NCBI GenBank assembly: GCA_032718475.1
Contig: JAUCBJ010004255.1
Span: forward strand, 1 to 48,648
Origin: Nemertoderma westbladi
Taxonomy: Eukaryota > Animalia > Xenacoelomorpha
Length of the DNA: 48,648 nt
Reading direction: 5' to 3'
Shown here: positions 45,836-48,648 of the stretch, in pieces
How the letters are laid out: each line of letters opens with the position of its first letter
How positions within the stretch are numbered: position 1 is the stretch's first letter
The notes under the pieces: generated by a model
Seen by the model: only the letters and a program-made list of their open reading frames with translations
Databases searched by the model: none
What the model was told of the DNA's origin: nothing
Made by a program: the position numbers and the translations under genes

Positions 45836-48648
45836 GTTAGTCACATAGGCAGCCATTAGATTATCGGATTTGTAGCTAAAGTTAGTCACATAGGCAGCCA
45901 TTAGATTATCGGATTTGTAGCTAAAGTTAGTCACATAGGCAGCCATTAGATTATCGGATTTGTAGCTAAAGTTAGTCACATAGGCAGCCATTAGATTATC
46001 GGATTTGTAGCTAAAGTTAGTCACATAGGCAGCCATTAGATTATCGGATTTGTAGCTAAAGTTAGTCACATAGGCAGCCATTAGATTATCGGATTTGTAG
46101 CTAAAGTTAGTCACATAGGCAGCCATTAGATTATCGGATTTGTAGCTAAAGTTAGTCACATAGGCAGCCATTAGATTATCGGATTTGTAGCTAAAGTTAG
46201 TCACATAGGCAGCCATTAGATTATCGGATTTGTAGCTAAAGTTAGTCACATAGGCAGCCATTAGATTATCGGATTTGTAGCTAAAGTTAGTCACATAGGC
46301 AGCCATTAGATTATCGGATTTGTAGCTAAAGTTAGTCACATAGGCAGCCATTAGATTATCGGATTTGTAGCTAAAGTTAGTCACATAGGCAGCCATTAGA
46401 TTATCGGATTTGTAGCTAAAGTTAGTCACATAGGCAGCCATTAGATTATCGGATTTGTAGCTAAAGTTAGTCACATAGGCAGCCATTAGATTATCGGATT
46501 TGTAGCTAAAGTTAGTCACATAGGCAGCCATTAGATTATCGGATTTGTAGCTAAAGTTAGTCACATAGGCAGCCATTAGATTATCGGATTTGTAGCTAAA
46601 GTTAGTCACATAGGCAGCCATTAGATTATCGGATTTGTAGCTAAAGTTAGTCACATAGGCAGCCATTAGATTATCGGATTTGTAGCTAAAGTTAGTCACA
46701 TAGGCAGCCATTAGATTATCGGATTTGTAGCTAAAGTTAGTCACATAGGCAGCCATTAGATTATCGGATTTGTAGCTAAAGTTAGTCACATAGGCAGCCA
46801 TTAGATTATCGGATTTGTAGCTAAAGTTAGTCACATAGGCAGCCATTAGATTATCGGATTTGTAGCTAAAGTTAGTCACATAGGCAGCCATTAGATTATC
46901 GGATTTGTAGCTAAAGTTAGTCACATAGGCAGCCATTAGATTATCGGATTTGTAGCTAAAGTTAGTCACATAGGCAGCCATTAGATTATCGGATTTGTAG
47001 CTAAAGTTAGTCACATAGGCAGCCATTAGATTATCGGATTTGTAGCTAAAGTTAGTCACATAGGCAGCCATTAGATTATCGGATTTGTAGCTAAAGTTAG
47101 TCACATAGGCAGCCATTAGATTATCGGATTTGTAGCTAAAGTTAGTCACATAGGCAGCCATTAGATTATCGGATTTGTAGCTAAAGTTAGTCACATAGGC
47201 AGCCATTAGATTATCGGATTTGTAGCTAAAGTTAGTCACATAGGCAGCCATTAGATTATCGGATTTGTAGCTAAAGTTAGTCACATAGGCAGCCATTAGA
47301 TTATCGGATTTGTAGCTAAAGTTAGTCACATAGGCAGCCATTAGATTATCGGATTTGTAGCTAAAGTTAGTCACATAGGCAGCCATTAGATTATCGGATT
47401 TGTAGCTAAAGTTAGTCACATAGGCAGCCATTAGATTATCGGATTTGTAGCTAAAGTTAGTCACATAGGCAGCCATTAGATTATCGGATTTGTAGCTAAA
47501 GTTAGTCACATAGGCAGCCATTAGATTATCGGATTTGTAGCTAAAGTTAGTCACATAGGCAGCCATTAGATTATCGGATTTGTAGCTAAAGTTAGTCACA
47601 TAGGCAGCCATTAGATTATCGGATTTGTAGCTAAAGTTAGTCACATAGGCAGCCATTAGATTATCGGATTTGTAGCTAAAGTTAGTCACATAGGCAGCCA
47701 TTAGATTATCGGATTTGTAGCTAAAGTTAGTCACATAGGCAGCCATTAGATTATCGGATTTGTAGCTAAAGTTAGTCACATAGGCAGCCATTAGATTATC
47801 GGATTTGTAGCTAAAGTTAGTCACATAGGCAGCCATTAGATTATCGGATTTGTAGCTAAAGTTAGTCACATAGGCAGCCATTAGATTATCGGATTTGTAG
47901 CTAAAGTTAGTCACATAGGCAGCCATTAGATTATCGGATTTGTAGCTAAAGTTAGTCACATAGGCAGCCATTAGATTATCGGATTTGTAGCTAAAGTTAG
48001 TCACATAGGCAGCCATTAGATTATCGGATTTGTAGCTAAAGTTAGTCACATAGGCAGCCATTAGATTATCGGATTTGTAGCTAAAGTTAGTCACATAGGC
48101 AGCCATTAGATTATCGGATTTGTAGCTAAAGTTAGTCACATAGGCAGCCATTAGATTATCGGATTTGTAGCTAAAGTTAGTCACATAGGCAGCCATTAGA
48201 TTATCGGATTTGTAGCTAAAGTTAGTCACATAGGCAGCCATTAGATTATCGGATTTGTAGCTAAAGTTAGTCACATAGGCAGCCATTAGATTATCGGATT
48301 TGTAGCTAAAGTTAGTCACATAGGCAGCCATTAGATTATCGGATTTGTAGCTAAAGTTAGTCACATAGGCAGCCATTAGATTATCGGATTTGTAGCTAAA
48401 GTTAGTCACATAGGCAGCCATTAGATTATCGGATTTGTAGCTAAAGTTAGTCACATAGGCAGCCATTAGATTATCGGATTTGTAGCTAAAGTTAGTCACA
48501 TAGGCAGCCATTAGATTATCGGATTTGTAGCTAAAGTTAGTCACATAGGCAGCCATTAGATTATCGGATTTGTAGCTAAAGTTAGTCACATAGGCAGCCA
48601 TTAGATTATCGGATTTGTAGCTAAAGTTAGTCACATAGGCAGCCATTA
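45818..48648 (+). repeat. 45-bp tandem array = exon end + 5' splice site, truncated by the window end
   Basis: Unit atcggatttgtagctaaa|gttagtcacataggcagccattagatt, about 62 copies with no variant seen by eye. The exon copy reads atcgaatttgttgctaaa. Confidence 0.97.

Noticed and set aside
45779-48646. 955-aa minus-strand ORF of (MAAYVTNFSYKSDNL)n
   Set aside because: A 45-bp unit lacking a stop in one frame gives a long ORF automatically. The unit derives from the plus-strand exon/intron junction and shows no synonymous variation.

Overview
Animal (intron-rich, AT-rich eukaryotic) genomic DNA. The backbone is the 5' half of a symplekin gene (SYMPK, scaffold of the mRNA 3'-end cleavage/polyadenylation machinery) on the + strand. 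Seven phase-compatible GT-AG exons can be joined by hand: 2971-3167, 3278-3404, 8931-9149, 9900-10101, 32213-32414, 33091-33292 and 45680-45835. The start exon was not located and the gene continues past the window. The 22-kb intron 10102-32212 holds two nested genes: an intronless, same-strand p24-gamma (TMED3/TMED7-like) gene and an antisense two-exon TMEM53/DUF829 gene. They converge on a ~12-kb 38/40-bp satellite. The most striking feature is that two consecutive symplekin introns are filled by tandem arrays whose unit is the exon 3' end plus its 5' splice site: a 28/37-bp unit (~10 kb, roughly 300 copies of ATG|GTGAGT) and a 45-bp unit (about 62 apparently identical copies, running off the window). 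A third, 31-bp array with a CTGAC-TAG|GT motif abuts an acceptor. A young, 5'-truncated L2-type LINE with an intact RT ORF has inserted in sense orientation into the donor array. MITEs, RTE and SINE relics, and many TA-NNNN-TA palindromes resembling transposon excision footprints fill the rest. All family calls come from recalled motifs, not database searches, and copy numbers are estimates from length divided by unit size.
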